Translations under genes and position numbers: made by a program | Notes under the pieces: model-generated | What the model was told of the DNA's origin: nothing | Database searches by the model: none | Seen by the model: the letters and a program-made list of their open reading frames with translations, nothing else | DNA from: the human T2T-CHM13v2.0 reference genome, Homo sapiens | Assembly (NCBI RefSeq): GCF_009914755.1 | Contig: NC_060925.1 | Strand: one strand, 5' to 3' | Length of the DNA stretch: 64,000 nt | Shown: piece after piece, positions 1-20,247 of the stretch | Layout of the letters: each line of letters starts with the position of its first letter | Numbering within the stretch: position 1 is the first letter of the stretch

Positions 1-529
1 ACTAAGAATACTAAAATTAGCTTGGCATAGTGGCACATGCCTGTAATTCCAACTACTCAGGAGGGTGAGGCAGGAGAATCGCTTGAACCTGGGAGGCAGA
101 GATTTCAGTGAGCCAAGATTGCACCACTGCACTGCAGTCTGAGTGACAGAGTGAGACTCTGTCAAAAAAAGAAAGAGAGAGAGAGAAAAGGAAGGAAGGG
201 AGGGAGGGAGGGAAATTGAGCATTGCCAGGCATGGTGGCTTATACCTATAATCCCAGCACTTTGGGAGGTCCAGGTGGTCCTCACTTGAGGACAGGAGTT
301 TGAGACCAGCCTGGACAACATAGCCAGACTCCATCTTTACAAAAACTTTTTAAAATTCGCTGCAGTGAGCCATGATCATGCCACTGCACTCCAGCCTACA
401 TGGCAGAGTGAGACCCTGTCTCTTAAAAAAAAAAAAAGTGTGCTGATAATTGTTGAAGCTGGCTAAGGGTACATGAGGATCCATTATACCTTTAAATGTA
501 CTGTTGCACATGTTTTCTGTTCTTTTTGA

Positions 530-829
<300 letters not shown>

Positions 830-1779
830 TAAGAAAGGGTTTTTTGCTGTTTGTTTTTTAAAGAAATTCAATTTTGTGTTTGTTTTTTAAAGCAATACTT
901 GTTGAGCTTTTGAGATCAGAACAGCAGTGAAAAAGAAAACTGTCCCAATGTTATGTAGTGGATAATTGTGTCTTGGGATATAATTTTCCTGTGATAGCAT
1001 CTTATTGGGATGTTAAGTGCTGTATCTCATTCAATGGAGACGGAAGTGAAAAGTATGCAGCCTAGAAAGCTCTGTTAAATGACAGAAAAGGGGCTCCAAC
1101 AACAATGAAGATGCTGGCGTAAAAGATGCTTATACATTTGTTTCATGAAATTTGAGTGCAAAAAAGAAATATTTATAAAATAACGAGCTATTGCCCACAA
1201 TATTTAAGTATATAAGTAATTAAAAGAATAAATTAAATATTATAAGTAAGGCTGGGCACAGTGTCTCACGCCTATAAAACCACATCTCTACAAGAAATAC
1301 AGAAAAAATTAGCTGGACATGGCAGTGCATGCCTGTAGTCCTAGCTACTCAGGAAGCTAAGGTGGGAGGATCACTCGAGCCCAGCAGGTTGAGGGTGCAG
1401 TGAGCCGTGACTACACCACTGCCACTCCAGCCTGGGTAACAGAGTGATATCTTCTCTTCAAAATATGTGTGTGTGTAATAGGTAGGAATTTTACTGTATC
1501 AGTGGTTCTCAACCAGAGGCTCTTTTGCCCTCTAGTGAAACCCCGTCTCTACTAAAAATACAAAAATTAGCCGGGCGTGGTGGCACATGCCTGTTAATCC
1601 CAGCTACTCAAGAGGCAGAGGCAGAAGAATCACTTGAACCCGGGAGGCAGAGGTTGCAGTGAGCCAAGATCACCCCACTGCACTCCACTCCAGCCTGGGC
1701 AACAGAGCAAGACTCCATCTCAAAACAAAACAAAACAAAAAAAACTTTAAATGATGGATGGATAGATAGATAGATAGAT

Positions 1780-3110
<1,331 letters not shown>

Positions 3111-3519
3111 CATTAGAGAGAGGAAGTGATTTATCCAAGTAACATAGCTGGTAGGTAACAGAGCTGGAATTAGGATCCAGATACACTAAACTAGGGCAGT
3201 CCTGCACAACTATTATAAAGGGGTTGTTCAGTTCTTTCTGCTCTCAAAACTTGTCCTTTGCCAAGAGTGTTGTGGACATTTCCTTGCTGTGAGTATCGCT
3301 TTTCTCATCAGCAAATGGAGGATAATGGGGGTGAAAGAATACCATAGGGAAAAGGGCATGGGTTTTAGAATCAAAGAGACTTGAGTTCAAATCTTGATGC
3401 CATCTGCTTTCTGTGTGAACTTGAAAAAGCCAAATTACCTCTTCAAGCCTGTTTTCTAATTTGCAAATGGGAATAATCATATAGGAATAATCACAACCTT
3501 ATTCTGTTGTAAAGACTAT

Positions 3520-8330
<4,811 letters not shown>

Positions 8331-9413
8331 TAAATACATAAGCCTGAGATTGGCAAAGAGAATCTGGAGAATGAGGAAGTGAGAAGTCCAGGAATATGCC
8401 ACATCATCTATCAGGCTTGCCATTAAGTCGTAGTAGTTAAGAAGGGGTGGTATAGACAATATCAAGGATAGACAATAGTGCAAAATAACAGAATAGAGAA
8501 AGAGTCACGGGAGGAAGGGGACTGCTCTAAAACCAGAGGTCTCTGAGAGCCCAAAAGTAACTTAGGCAGCAAGTTCCCAGGGAGACTCCTGGGGATGGAC
8601 AGCCCTGAATCTTCTCTTCCTCCTCACCACAACCTCAGCTTCTCTCTTGGGCTCTCTCTCCCTCTCTCTCACAGCCTTCCTCAAACTTAGGGAGTTTCAA
8701 TCTCACCTCTGCCACTTCACAACGGTGTCACCTTGGACAAGTCCCTGGGCCTCCCTGAGCCTCAGAGTCTTCATCTGTGAAGCACTGCCATCCTCACAAT
8801 GGGATTAGGCCGGTAAAGGACGCCTGGCCGCTATCATTCTCCTCTCTTTTCTCCTCTTCCTCTTCCTCTCCCTCACCCTTTCCCTCCCTTGCTCAGGGCT
8901 GAGTCCTGCTGGCCCTCCCTCTTCAGCTCGGGAGCAAAGCAAGACCTGCTCCGCTCCCTATCTTGTAAGAAAGGTCACCGTGGCATGCACTGTATCCTGA
9001 GAGGAAGACTCAGAGATGTGGCCAGGCCTCGCGGGGGAGGCCTGACAGGGAGAACAATCCAGACCAGGAAATTCAAAGGCAGGGAGGTCCCTAGAGGTTT
9101 AGGGCAGCAGAGGACTTAAGTTGGAAGAAGCCCTAGATGAGGCCGCTGGCTTTGCCTGGGCAGGGGAGGGCCTGGGAAAGCCCACAGAGCCTGGGCACTC
9201 TTCATAGACCTAGAAAGCTATGACATTGGTATGAAATGTAACTGTCATGAGTCTAACTCAGTGGTTAAAAGAAACGTCTCCAGCCGGGCGCAGTGGTATA
9301 TGCCTGTAGTCCAAGCGTTTTGGGAGGCCAGGGTGGGTGGACCACTTGAGCTCAGGAGTTTGAGACCAGCCTGAGCAACATAGCGAAACCTCATCTCTAC
9401 AAAAAGAAAAAAG

Positions 9414-9416
<3 letters not shown>

Positions 9417-9446
<30 letters not shown>
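9417..9446. repeat. (GA)n microsatellite
   Basis: Read directly from sequence. Confidence 0.95.
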
Positions 9447-9448
<2 letters not shown>

Positions 9449-10082
9449 CTCCTAGAGTAACTCAGGCTTCCTCCAAGAGGGAGATAGGGTGGTTGGAGAA
9501 CAAGGATAGGAGAGCGTCTTTTCTCTATGTACTCTTTTATATCTATTGAACTTTTAACTTGCTAATTTGTTAACTCTCTCTCTTTTTTTTTTTTAATTAA
9601 AAAAAAAAGAGGCCAGGTGTGGTAGCTCATGCCTGCTGCAATCCCAGCACTCTGAGAAGCCAAGGCGAGAGGATCGCTTGAGTTCAGGAGTTCAAAACCA
9701 GCCTAGGCAACATGATGAAACCCTGTCTCTACAAAAAAATATAAAAATTAGCTGGTCATGGTGGTGCATGCCTGTGGTCCCAGTTACTCATGAAGGGACT
9801 GAGGCGGGAGGATCGTTTGAGCCTGGGGTCTCCAGGCTGCTATGAGCTGAGATCGTGCCGCCACTGCCCTCCAACCTGGATGACAGAGTGAGATTGTGTC
9901 TCAATAAATAAATAGTAAAACATTTAAAAAAAAAAAGGTGGACTCTGGGACCAGACTCACCTAAGTTTAAATTCCATTACAGCCTCTTAGTTGTGGTACA
10001 TTAGGCAAGTTTCTTAACCTCTCTGAGCCTATTTCCATAGTTGTAAAATGAAGATAATAATACCTACTTCATAAAGGTTTTA

Positions 10083-10386
<304 letters not shown>

Positions 10387-10459
10387 TCAAAAAAAAAAAA
10401 AAAAAAAAGATAATGTTTGTAAAAGCCTTGGTGTTTGGCTCCCAGGAGGCATGTGGTAA

Positions 10460-10753
<294 letters not shown>

Positions 10754-10969
10754 TAGGGCCATAGGAAGCAGCACTGAGACAGCTGGGAGTGCTAGCTTCT
10801 CCTGTCATGCTCTTTAGTGCGGCTGGGACCCCCGGCTCAGCTCTGCCCTTCTTGCTCCACTGTGTGGCCTGGCTGCCAGTGCATGAGCTCGGGAGGGTAA
10901 GAAGTGGGGATGGGATTACTGACCTACTGACTGAACAGTAGGGCGGGTGCATCTAGGGGAAGGGGAGTT

Positions 10970-11400
10970 CTGTGATATGTACAGATGGTTGCATTGCTGT
11001 GTGTCTGTGTGTGTGTGTGTGTAGGGAAGATATTTGTGAGACCTTGCGGAGTAGGTTTGTTTGCAGTGAGTGGGTGGAGGGTCTTCCGGGTTGGGGTGTG
11101 GATCTGTCAGTGCAGTTGTGCATGTTGTGTGTCTGTAAGGATGTTTTCCCTTGGGTTAGGATCTGCATCATGTGAGGCAATATTGTCCGTTGGTGCCCGT
11201 TCGTGTATGTGTATAGGGAGGGTCATGGGTTGTATCTGTGGATGATGAGGGTCTGTTGTGTGTTGTGAAGGGATTCTGTGGGTGACGAGGATGTGTTTTG
11301 TGTGGTGTGTGAGGAATGCTGCGTCTGTTGGTGAGTGTGTGTGAATGGCCCTGAGGGGTGAGAGGATTGTGCTGTGTCTGTGGGCAACAAAGACGGGCCA
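10970..11400. repeat. GT-rich low-complexity tract including (TG)n ~11000-11022
   Basis: Dense TG/GT dinucleotides; source of the spurious Cys/Val and His/Thr ORFs. Confidence 0.85.
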
Positions 11401-11551
11401 TGTGTCCTTGAGGGGGTGCCAACAGGAGGGAAATCAGACATCACCTAGCTCTGTGGACCCTTCCAGAATCTGAGCAGCCCTGGGGATTCTGCAGGGCAGC
11501 TAGACAAAGCGGCCGAAACTTAGCCCTTCCCTCAGGCCACCAGCCTCTTAC

Positions 11552-11770
11552 CTGAGAAACAGCAGGGACAATGGTCCAGGCAGTGACAAAGAGGCTGAGG
11601 CAGATGGGGGTCCCCTGAGAGCATGTTTCCTGGACGGCTTCTCGGGGAGGTCCTGGATGACTTCTCGGGGAGCTCAGGAAGCAGGTAATGAGTGCACAGG
11701 AGGCAGAGGACGGGCCCAGGCACAGGTGTGTGACTCACTCTGCTCTACCCTCCAATGAGCAGCAGCAGGA
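11552..11770 (-). other. PTAFR: Probable PTAFR distal non-coding first exon (tissue-type transcript); 5' end approximate
   Basis: Strong donor CAG|GTAAGA at 11552/11551 in unique GC-rich sequence with promoter motifs just upstream; identity rests on the known PTAFR-DNAJC8 gene order because the coding exon is outside the window. Confidence 0.65.
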
Positions 11771-12200
11771 TGAAGGATTAGGAAAGGCCTGCCCCCGGGC
11801 TCTGCTGGGTGGGCAGGGCAGCTGAGGCCAGGAAGCCAGCTCCTGGGGCGGGGCCCCAACACCAAGGTCACCGGGAATACCCACATCCAGCCAGGCACAC
11901 CAGCTCATCCCACAATACTGGGCTGGGCCCCTCTGATGCTGCGCCCCTCTGGGAGGAAGGGCTGGGCTTGGGCTGGCAGGGGAGAGAGGAACTGGGTCCT
12001 TTGACTGAGGGGGAGATGAGCCCTGACCTAGAGAAGGTTTTAGCCCTGTCCTCAGGAGCCCCCAGCCTGGGGGAGATGGGGACACAGCCCTGTCCTCAGG
12101 AGCCCCAAGCCTGGGGGAGATGGGGACACAGCCCTGTCCTCAGGAGTCCCCAGCCTGGGGGAGATGGGGACACAGCCCTGTCCTCGGGAGCCCGGGCTTC
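11720..12200 (-). promoter_or_regulatory. PTAFR: Probable PTAFR distal promoter
   Basis: AP-1 TGACTCA 11731-11737; GC box GGGGCGGGG 11845-11853; nuclear-receptor half-sites AGGTCA 11865-11870 and TGACCT 12024-12029. Confidence 0.6.
12042..12193. repeat. 44-bp minisatellite, ~3.4 copies
   Basis: AGCCCTGTCCTCAGGAGCCCCCAGCCTGGGGGAGATGGGGACAC; unit starts at 12042, 12086, 12130, 12174. Confidence 0.95.
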
Positions 12201-12973
12201 AATTCAATGGGTACAGCCCCAAATCCAGTGAGCCCCAAGTTGATGAAAAAGACCCAAAGCTGCTTTCAGAAGGCACCCTGTCTGAGGGGACACACAGCCA
12301 GTTTGCCCACAGGAGGCCAGTACAATGGGTGTGACAAAGCCCTGCCCACAGGTGCCCTCAACAGAAGGGGAGACAGACCTGCCTTCAGAAATGCCCAGCC
12401 TCTGGGAAAGAGAAGTTTCTGCCTTCTGAAGCCATATCCGGCTGAGAGGGAGACAAAGCCATCCCTGTCCCCATAGCCATCAGGCTGAGGGAGAAGACAA
12501 ACCCTTGCACCTCAGAGTTCTGGCAAAAGCCTAGGACTGCACCCAGTGCTCCAGCTTTGCACGTTCTGCACTGAAAGTTACTCTATTTCTATTAATACCT
12601 CTCCCCACCGCCCCCTACCACAACCAAAATATTGGGCTTAGCAGGGAGCAGAGGTGTCAGGCCACAGAGGAAAGCAAACTGGGCCATGGCATAGGTGAAC
12701 ATTCTCAAATGCCAGCTCTAAGAATCTGCCAGATGAGGGCTTAACCGCCGCCTCTGGTCCTCAGCTTGAGCCCTGCAGTGAATGTTTTCTGAGCCTATTT
12801 CCTGAGTCTGTAAGAGCCACACATACTCCCTACCTCACACTTAGCATGATGACTGGCACGTACCAGGAATTCAGTAAATGAAAATCACTTTATTTACCCA
12901 AGCTCCTGTTGAGTGTCCCAGGCTTAGGGGTCAACTCCTTTCCCCACATCAGACTCAGTTGGAGAACTTGTTA

Positions 12974-13292
<319 letters not shown>

Positions 13293-16162
13293 TTAATTAA
13301 ATAAAGGCTTAGGCCAGGCGTAGTGGTGTATGTCTGTAATCTCATCACTGTGGGAGGCTGCCGTAGAGGATCACTTGAGACCAGGAGTTCGAGACCAGCC
13401 TGGGCAACAAATCCAGACCCCATCTCTACCAAGAAAAAAAAAATTAGCTAAGTATGGTGGTTTGCACCTGCAGTCCCAGCTATTTGGGAGACTGAGGTAG
13501 GAGGATCGTTCAAGCCCAGGAGATTGAGGCTGCAGTGAGCCATGATTGCAACTGCACTCCAGCCTGGGTGACAGAGCAAGACCCCATTTCAAAAAAAAAA
13601 AAAAAAAAAGATTCTGATATAGCAGTGCTGGTGATGGGGCCAGGAAGAGTAAAATTTTAACAAGCACCCAGGCGATTCCAAGGTAGCAGCCCATGGAGCA
13701 ATACAGGCTTGGAAGGACTCCAGAGGAAGCCAAGGAGAGGAGGGTTCAATCCTTCAGAGGCTGTTTCTAGCTATGCTTGCCTATCTCCCACCAGAGGAAT
13801 GGCAGCCCCACTAAGCCACAGGTATGTGGTTAGGATAATGGCATCACTGACAGAACCCTAAGCTCTACCCACCCCCCACCTCTTGGAGGACTGGCTGTCC
13901 CTGCCTGATGGCTCCATCCCTGGCTGGGTTAAGTTGGGAGCTTGTTAAAGATCCAGCTGTCTGTCTCCCCACCACACACACACATACCCCACCCTGAATC
14001 AGAATCTTCAGGGAGATCAGAAAATGTCCTTGTAGGCCAGGTGCGGTGGCTTATGCCTATAATCCTAGCACTGTAGGAGGTTGAGGTGGGAGGACTACTT
14101 GAGCTCCGGAGTTCGAGACCAGCCTGAGCAACATAGTGAGGCAGGATAGTTTGAGCCCGGGAGGTTGAGGCAGCAGTGAGCCATGATCATCGTGCCACCA
14201 CACTGCAGCCTGGGCAACAAAGACCCTGTCTCAAAAAAAAAAAAAAAAAAAAAGAAATGTCTTTTTAACAAGCTTCCCAGGTGTCCTCAATCCTCAGCTC
14301 TTTCATCCCTTTATTTAAGCAGGGAACAACCAGCAGGAGTGGGGCAGAGAGGAACGGCCACTGTGCACCCCACTGTGCTGGGCACCTGGCTTCCCTGACC
14401 TCCTCAGTCCTCAGGATACCACACACAGTAGAGTCAGGATTCAAACTCCAGTCTGTCTGATGCCAAATGCAGGCATATTGTCTCCATTTGGAAGGTTTGC
14501 CTCCATTTGTTTTATAATGAACAGAATCTCACTAATTTGCAAAACAGGAATGGAGACGGTGTTTTTACCCTCATTTTACCAGAGGAGGCAGCTAAAGTCC
14601 AGAGAGGGGAAATGATTTGCCAGAGACACAATGCTAATGAGTGGTAGAGCAGAAAACTCAAGGAGGTGGGTGACTTCACGCCCTTTTGCACTCATTCCAC
14701 AGGGCCCTTGTCGAGCTCCGAGCCCCCAGTTCTAATGGTGAGAAGCACTGATAACCTCCAGCAAGAGGCAGATGATCCAGATGTGCTAGGTTGAGGTTGG
14801 GGAGAGGGAGAAGGAAATCTAGAGGGGCAAATCCTGTTTCCTTGAGTTCCACCCTTACAGCAGGCCCAGACCCATCCACAACCTCCCACACATTTCTTCC
14901 TACTTCCACTGGGGCCCCAGGGAAGCGGGAGGGGCCAGAAAGTGAAGCTGGCTGTGGCTGCTCCAGGAAGCAGCTGAGAAGCCACAGCCATAGGGTTGCG
15001 GGCGTTCAGGTGACTGGAATGCCGAAGGCAACAACAGCTGATGCTTTCTTTCAGTGGTTACAATTTTTTTTTTTTTTTTTTTGAGACGGAGTCTCGCTCT
15101 GTCACCCAGGCTGGAGTGCAGTGGCACAAGATCTTGGCTCACTGCCTGCAACCTCCACCTCCGGGGTTCGTGATTCTCCTGCCTCAGCTTCCCAAGTAGC
15201 TGGGACACAGGCACGTACCACCATGCCTGCACCACCGTGCCCAGCTAATTTTTTATTTTTAGTAGAGACGGGGTTTCACTATGTTGGCCGGGGTGGTCTC
15301 AAACTCCTGACCTCTAGTGATCTGCCTGCATCGGCCTCTCAAAGTGCTCGGATTACAGGCATGAACCACCACGCCCAGCCTACACTTCATTTTAAAGGTG
15401 CAGTTCCCACTTTACATACCAGGATGCTGAGGCTCAGAGTTGATGTTACTGGCCCATATGCCGGGTTTCTACCCATACCTGGCTGGCTCCTTCCACCTCA
15501 CCTCTGCCCACAAAGGTCCTCTTGCCAGCAGTTGGCTCCACAGCTGGGGAGCCTATCTGCTCCACTATTTACAGAAAACAAGAAAAGTGGCTCATCCAGC
15601 CTTTCATTTTCTTCTGGGCCCTGGCACTCCTCCAGCAAGCCTTCCCTACCCAGAGAGCTCCCCTTAACCTATTCATGGATGAAGGGGTGGGAGAGGATGG
15701 CACTGCCATAGCCACAGCCCCACCCTGGAGGCCGGTCTTGACTGTACTGCCTCAAGTCAATGCCCAGCATACACTCCTCTCCCCAGCCACGTCATCACAG
15801 AGATTGCTCCAAGCAGGGTTATGAGAATGGGCTGGGACCACTGCTGATCTTCCCAGTGGGTCTGTCACTAAAATGTGCCAGAAAGTAAGTGGGAAGACTT
15901 TGGTCCATCTAGGAAAATACGATGTCCTGACTGAAACCCAAATTCCTCAATATGCCATTACGATCTCCCTGATCTCATCTCACCTCACGTCTGTGCTCTA
16001 AGCATAACAAATGTTGTTCAGTCCCATGAATGGGCTATTCTCTTACCTTCTGGGCCTTTGCACATGCCACTCTCTCTGACTGAAACACCTTTCCCTCAAG
16101 TCCCACCCCTTCTGTGCCAGACACTGTTGTTTCTAGCAGGCATTCTTTTTTTTTTTTTTTGA

Positions 16163-16345
<183 letters not shown>

Positions 16346-17085
16346 TAGCCAGGATGGCCTCGATCTCCTGACCTTGTGATCCGCCTGCCTTGACCTCCCA
16401 AAGTGCTGGGATTACAGGCGTGAGCCACCCCACCCGGCCTTTCCAGCAGGCATTCTTTCATCTTTACCAACTTAATTTTATTGGAAACAGGTGCCCAATC
16501 CCAAGGAGTAAGGCTTGGTATATTGCCTGTCTGTTCTTCGCAGCTCTCCCAGCCAAACTTACCAAGAGGGGTCCCTGTGACCCATTTTCTAACCAGTGAC
16601 ATCTTCTGGGAAAAATTTTGCTCCCTGGATGACTTATTTCTGTTTGGTAGTTGTTATAAGATGTGGTGCTAGAAACTTCTTGCAACTATGAGATGCCAAA
16701 CCCTCCACAGAGGACGGAGAAGCATAGTAAGAGCCTGTTTCCCTGGAGGTATTACTGAATGAATGATTCCACCATGAACAATACCTGAAACCACCTGTCT
16801 CCACTTATGGAAGTAAAATATTCCTCTAATTCTTTTTGCCAGTTATTCCTTGCAGCCAAAACACTCCTAACTGATGCATCAGCCCCTGGGTTCCAGTTTT
16901 TAAAAGGGCCACTTTCTTCAGGAAACATTCCCTGGCTGCTAAAAATGAGATCAAGGGCCCCCTTCTCGGAGCAGTGGACAGTCTTCTTGCCCGTGTGCCC
17001 CAGCTGTGAGGCAGGCAACAGGGGTCCTGCAGTGTTCACCACTGTATTTCTAAACCAGCATATTTGTTCAATGAATAAACACACC

Positions 17086-17490
17086 TGATATGATTTGGAT
17101 TTGTGTCCCCACCCAAATCTCATGCCCAATTGTAATCCCCCACGTTGGAGGAGGGACCTGGTAAGAGGTCATATGATCCATATGTTTGGATCATAGGGGC
17201 CGCCCCCTTTGCTGTTCTTGTGATAGTGAGTTCTTATCTATCACTATCCAGATAGTGAGATCTGGTTGTTTAAAAGCGTACAGCACCTCTCCCTGCGCTC
17301 TCTTCCTCCTGCTCCGGCCATGTAAGACGTGCCTCCTTCCTCTTCACCTTCTGCCACAACTGTTAAGTTTCCTGAGGCCTCCCCAGCCATGCTTCCTGTA
17401 AAGCCTGTGAAACCATGAGTCAATTAAACCTCTTTTCTTTATAAATTACCCAGTCTCAGGTAGTTCTTCATAGCAGTGTGAGAACTAACA
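17086..17490 (+). mobile_element. MST-type (ERVL-MaLR) solo LTR
   Basis: Starts TGATATGATTTGGATTTGTGTCCCCACCCAAATCTCATG; ends AATTAAACCTCTTTTCTTTATAAATTACCCAGTCTCAGGTAGTTC. Confidence 0.88.
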
Positions 17491-18399
17491 CCCATAGCTA
17501 ATTGCTGGCACAGCCTCCTTGAGGGCAAAGGTAAGTTTGCAGATAGCTGAACTGAACCACCACCACTTAACCTCTAAGGAAGCGGTGTGTGCACCCACAT
17601 CCTGGACTGAAATGGGGTTGCTTGGCTTTGCTTGGCTAGAAAAGATAATCACTGCCCCCCTAGTCAGGACTGCATTACCTCACGGCATGTATCACTTTTG
17701 CAGGGCAACTAAACATTTTCTCCCCCTGCCTTGGTCCAGTTTTAGCCAGAAGCACACCCACCCACCCACCCACTCATCACTGTGCTCTACTTCACATGTG
17801 GTTTGGATGTGCTCAGTGGTACTTGGAAGGACAGTAAGACACCCAAGCCTCTGTCCTCTCCCACAGAGAAATGAAAGTTGCACTTCTCATGATACTAAAA
17901 GACATGGTGCCTTTCGTAGTCATTGTGCCTGTTTACTCATCTACAAGACATTGCAAAAAGCAAAACTCTAGTTTTGAGTCACCTAGTTTCCTGTATCTTC
18001 ACATTTCAAGTGTCACCTTTCCCCTTCTCACTTTGGGCCCCTCCTGAGGGCTGATTCTGTCCCTGAAAGCAAGCAGGACATTTAAGCATAGACTGTGAGC
18101 TGGACGCTTTCATATATTACTTCATTTAATCCTCAAAACAATCAGTATCTTCATTTTACACAGAAATAATAGGATATTGGCAATACCCAAGGAGCACTAT
18201 GGTAGTTACCTTGTATATGCCATGGCAAATCTGCCCTAAAAGCTGCTGCAGTAATTCATATTCCCATTTCATAGATGAAGAAACTAAGGTTCAGCCAGGT
18301 CTGTCCAACCCCAAAGCATTTTGGGGTTCAGCCAAGCCAGACAAGGGACCCACAAGGGAGAGTACAAGGAAAAGTACATCAATGGCTTGGGTATAAAAA

Positions 18400-18405
18400 T
18401 TTATT
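18400..18405 (-). terminator. DNAJC8: DNAJC8 poly(A) signal AATAAA (3'UTR about 0.7 kb)
   Basis: TTTATT on the + strand, with a UGUA element immediately upstream and U/G-rich sequence downstream on the minus strand. Confidence 0.75.
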
Positions 18406-19077
18406 ATACATAAAGAATATTACCACTAACAAATGCAGACAGGCTAGGACATGGTACTGGGTGGAGGACGGCTAGCTCTTTGGAAAGTGAAAGGTTTGGG
18501 TGGCGTGGGCCTCATGCCACACTGATTGGTCAGTAGACAGGGGGCACATGCCAAACACCACAGGGCATCAGATGCTGCTCTGTGTGCTCACAAGTGTTCC
18601 CTGTCTTATCTGGGCCTTCGAAGGGAGCACACCCAGAAGCGAGCAACTGAAGCGAAGGGGCTTCCTAAGGTGCCCCTTCCAGGCTTGTCTCTGAAGTCAC
18701 AGCAACACTGTTTTAAGCAGTATGTTTAATTGGATGATTTCCACAAACTATCCACGAAGTTTCTAACCATCACAATTCAGTGAAGTACAAAACACTGAGT
18801 TACAGGCTGTGGGAAGAGAAGGCAGCACCAATGGTGGCACCTTCTAATACTGGTTGTTCTAGGGGCAGGGAGAGGGAAAGGTCTTTTTTTAAACCAAGCC
18901 CCTCATTTCAATGTACAAAAGAATTACTCTGATCGATATTAAATCGTATTGAAAACAAAATGGACTAAAAAGCAAATACTACTCTATGTTGGGGTGGAAG
19001 TGGGAGGAAAGAATGAGTCCTTCGAAGCAGGAAGGGAGATAGCAGGGGAAAGGTTCTGTGCCTGTGACCTTGGGCGG

Positions 19078-19200
19078 TCACTCACGTTGCTCCATTTTTA
19101 CTTTCGGTGGTCTCAGGAAGGTCCGATTTTTCTTCTCTTTCTTCCCCTTCGTATTGGCTTGGAAGTTTCGCCAGCTGTCCACACGACCATCTCGACTTTC
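19078..19200 (-). CDS. DNAJC8: DNAJC8 exon 9, coding part (ESRDGRVDSWRNFQANTKGKKEKKNRTFLRPPKVKMEQRE*)
   Basis: ACTTAG|GAA acceptor, TGA at 19078-19080; the nine exons sum to 762 nt = 253 aa + stop; basic NLS-like KGKKEKKNR. Confidence 0.97.
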   Translation of the reverse strand, partial: ESRDGRVDSWRNFQANTKGKKEKKNRTFLRPPKVKMEQRE

Positions 19201-19302
19201 CTAAGTACAAAAGAAGTTTGAGGTGAGGAGACCAGTCAATGAGTGGAAAGGCCTAAACCTGGTCTGCCATCCACTCACCCTCCTGTAGCCCAGCCCACTT
19301 CA

Positions 19303-19750
<448 letters not shown>

Positions 19751-19756
19751 CTACTA

Positions 19757-19918
<162 letters not shown>

Positions 19919-20082
19919 TCAAAAAAAAAGTAGAATAGAGCTTTCTTCCCACTCCCAAGGGCCCAAGAAAGTGTCATAGCACCCCTAGAACGCAGGATGA
20001 GCTGCAGGTTGCAAGAGGAGGACGAAATCAGTAATAATCATCACAACACTGAGGCCCCGTTTGTTGGGGACCTCGAGGCTAG

Positions 20083-20247
<165 letters not shown>

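Noticed and set aside
12042-12193. CRISPR-like appearance of the 44-bp repeat
   Set aside because: Contiguous tandem units with no unique spacers, in eukaryotic DNA
11938-12760. CTCF-like strings at ~11940 and ~12745
   Set aside because: Mismatches at core positions when aligned by hand to CCASYAGRKGGCRS
16440-16880. Possible old ERVL LTR (LTR16/33-like end CTTGCAGCCAAAACACTCCTAACTGATGCA)
   Set aside because: Too diverged to assign by eye; needs a Dfam search
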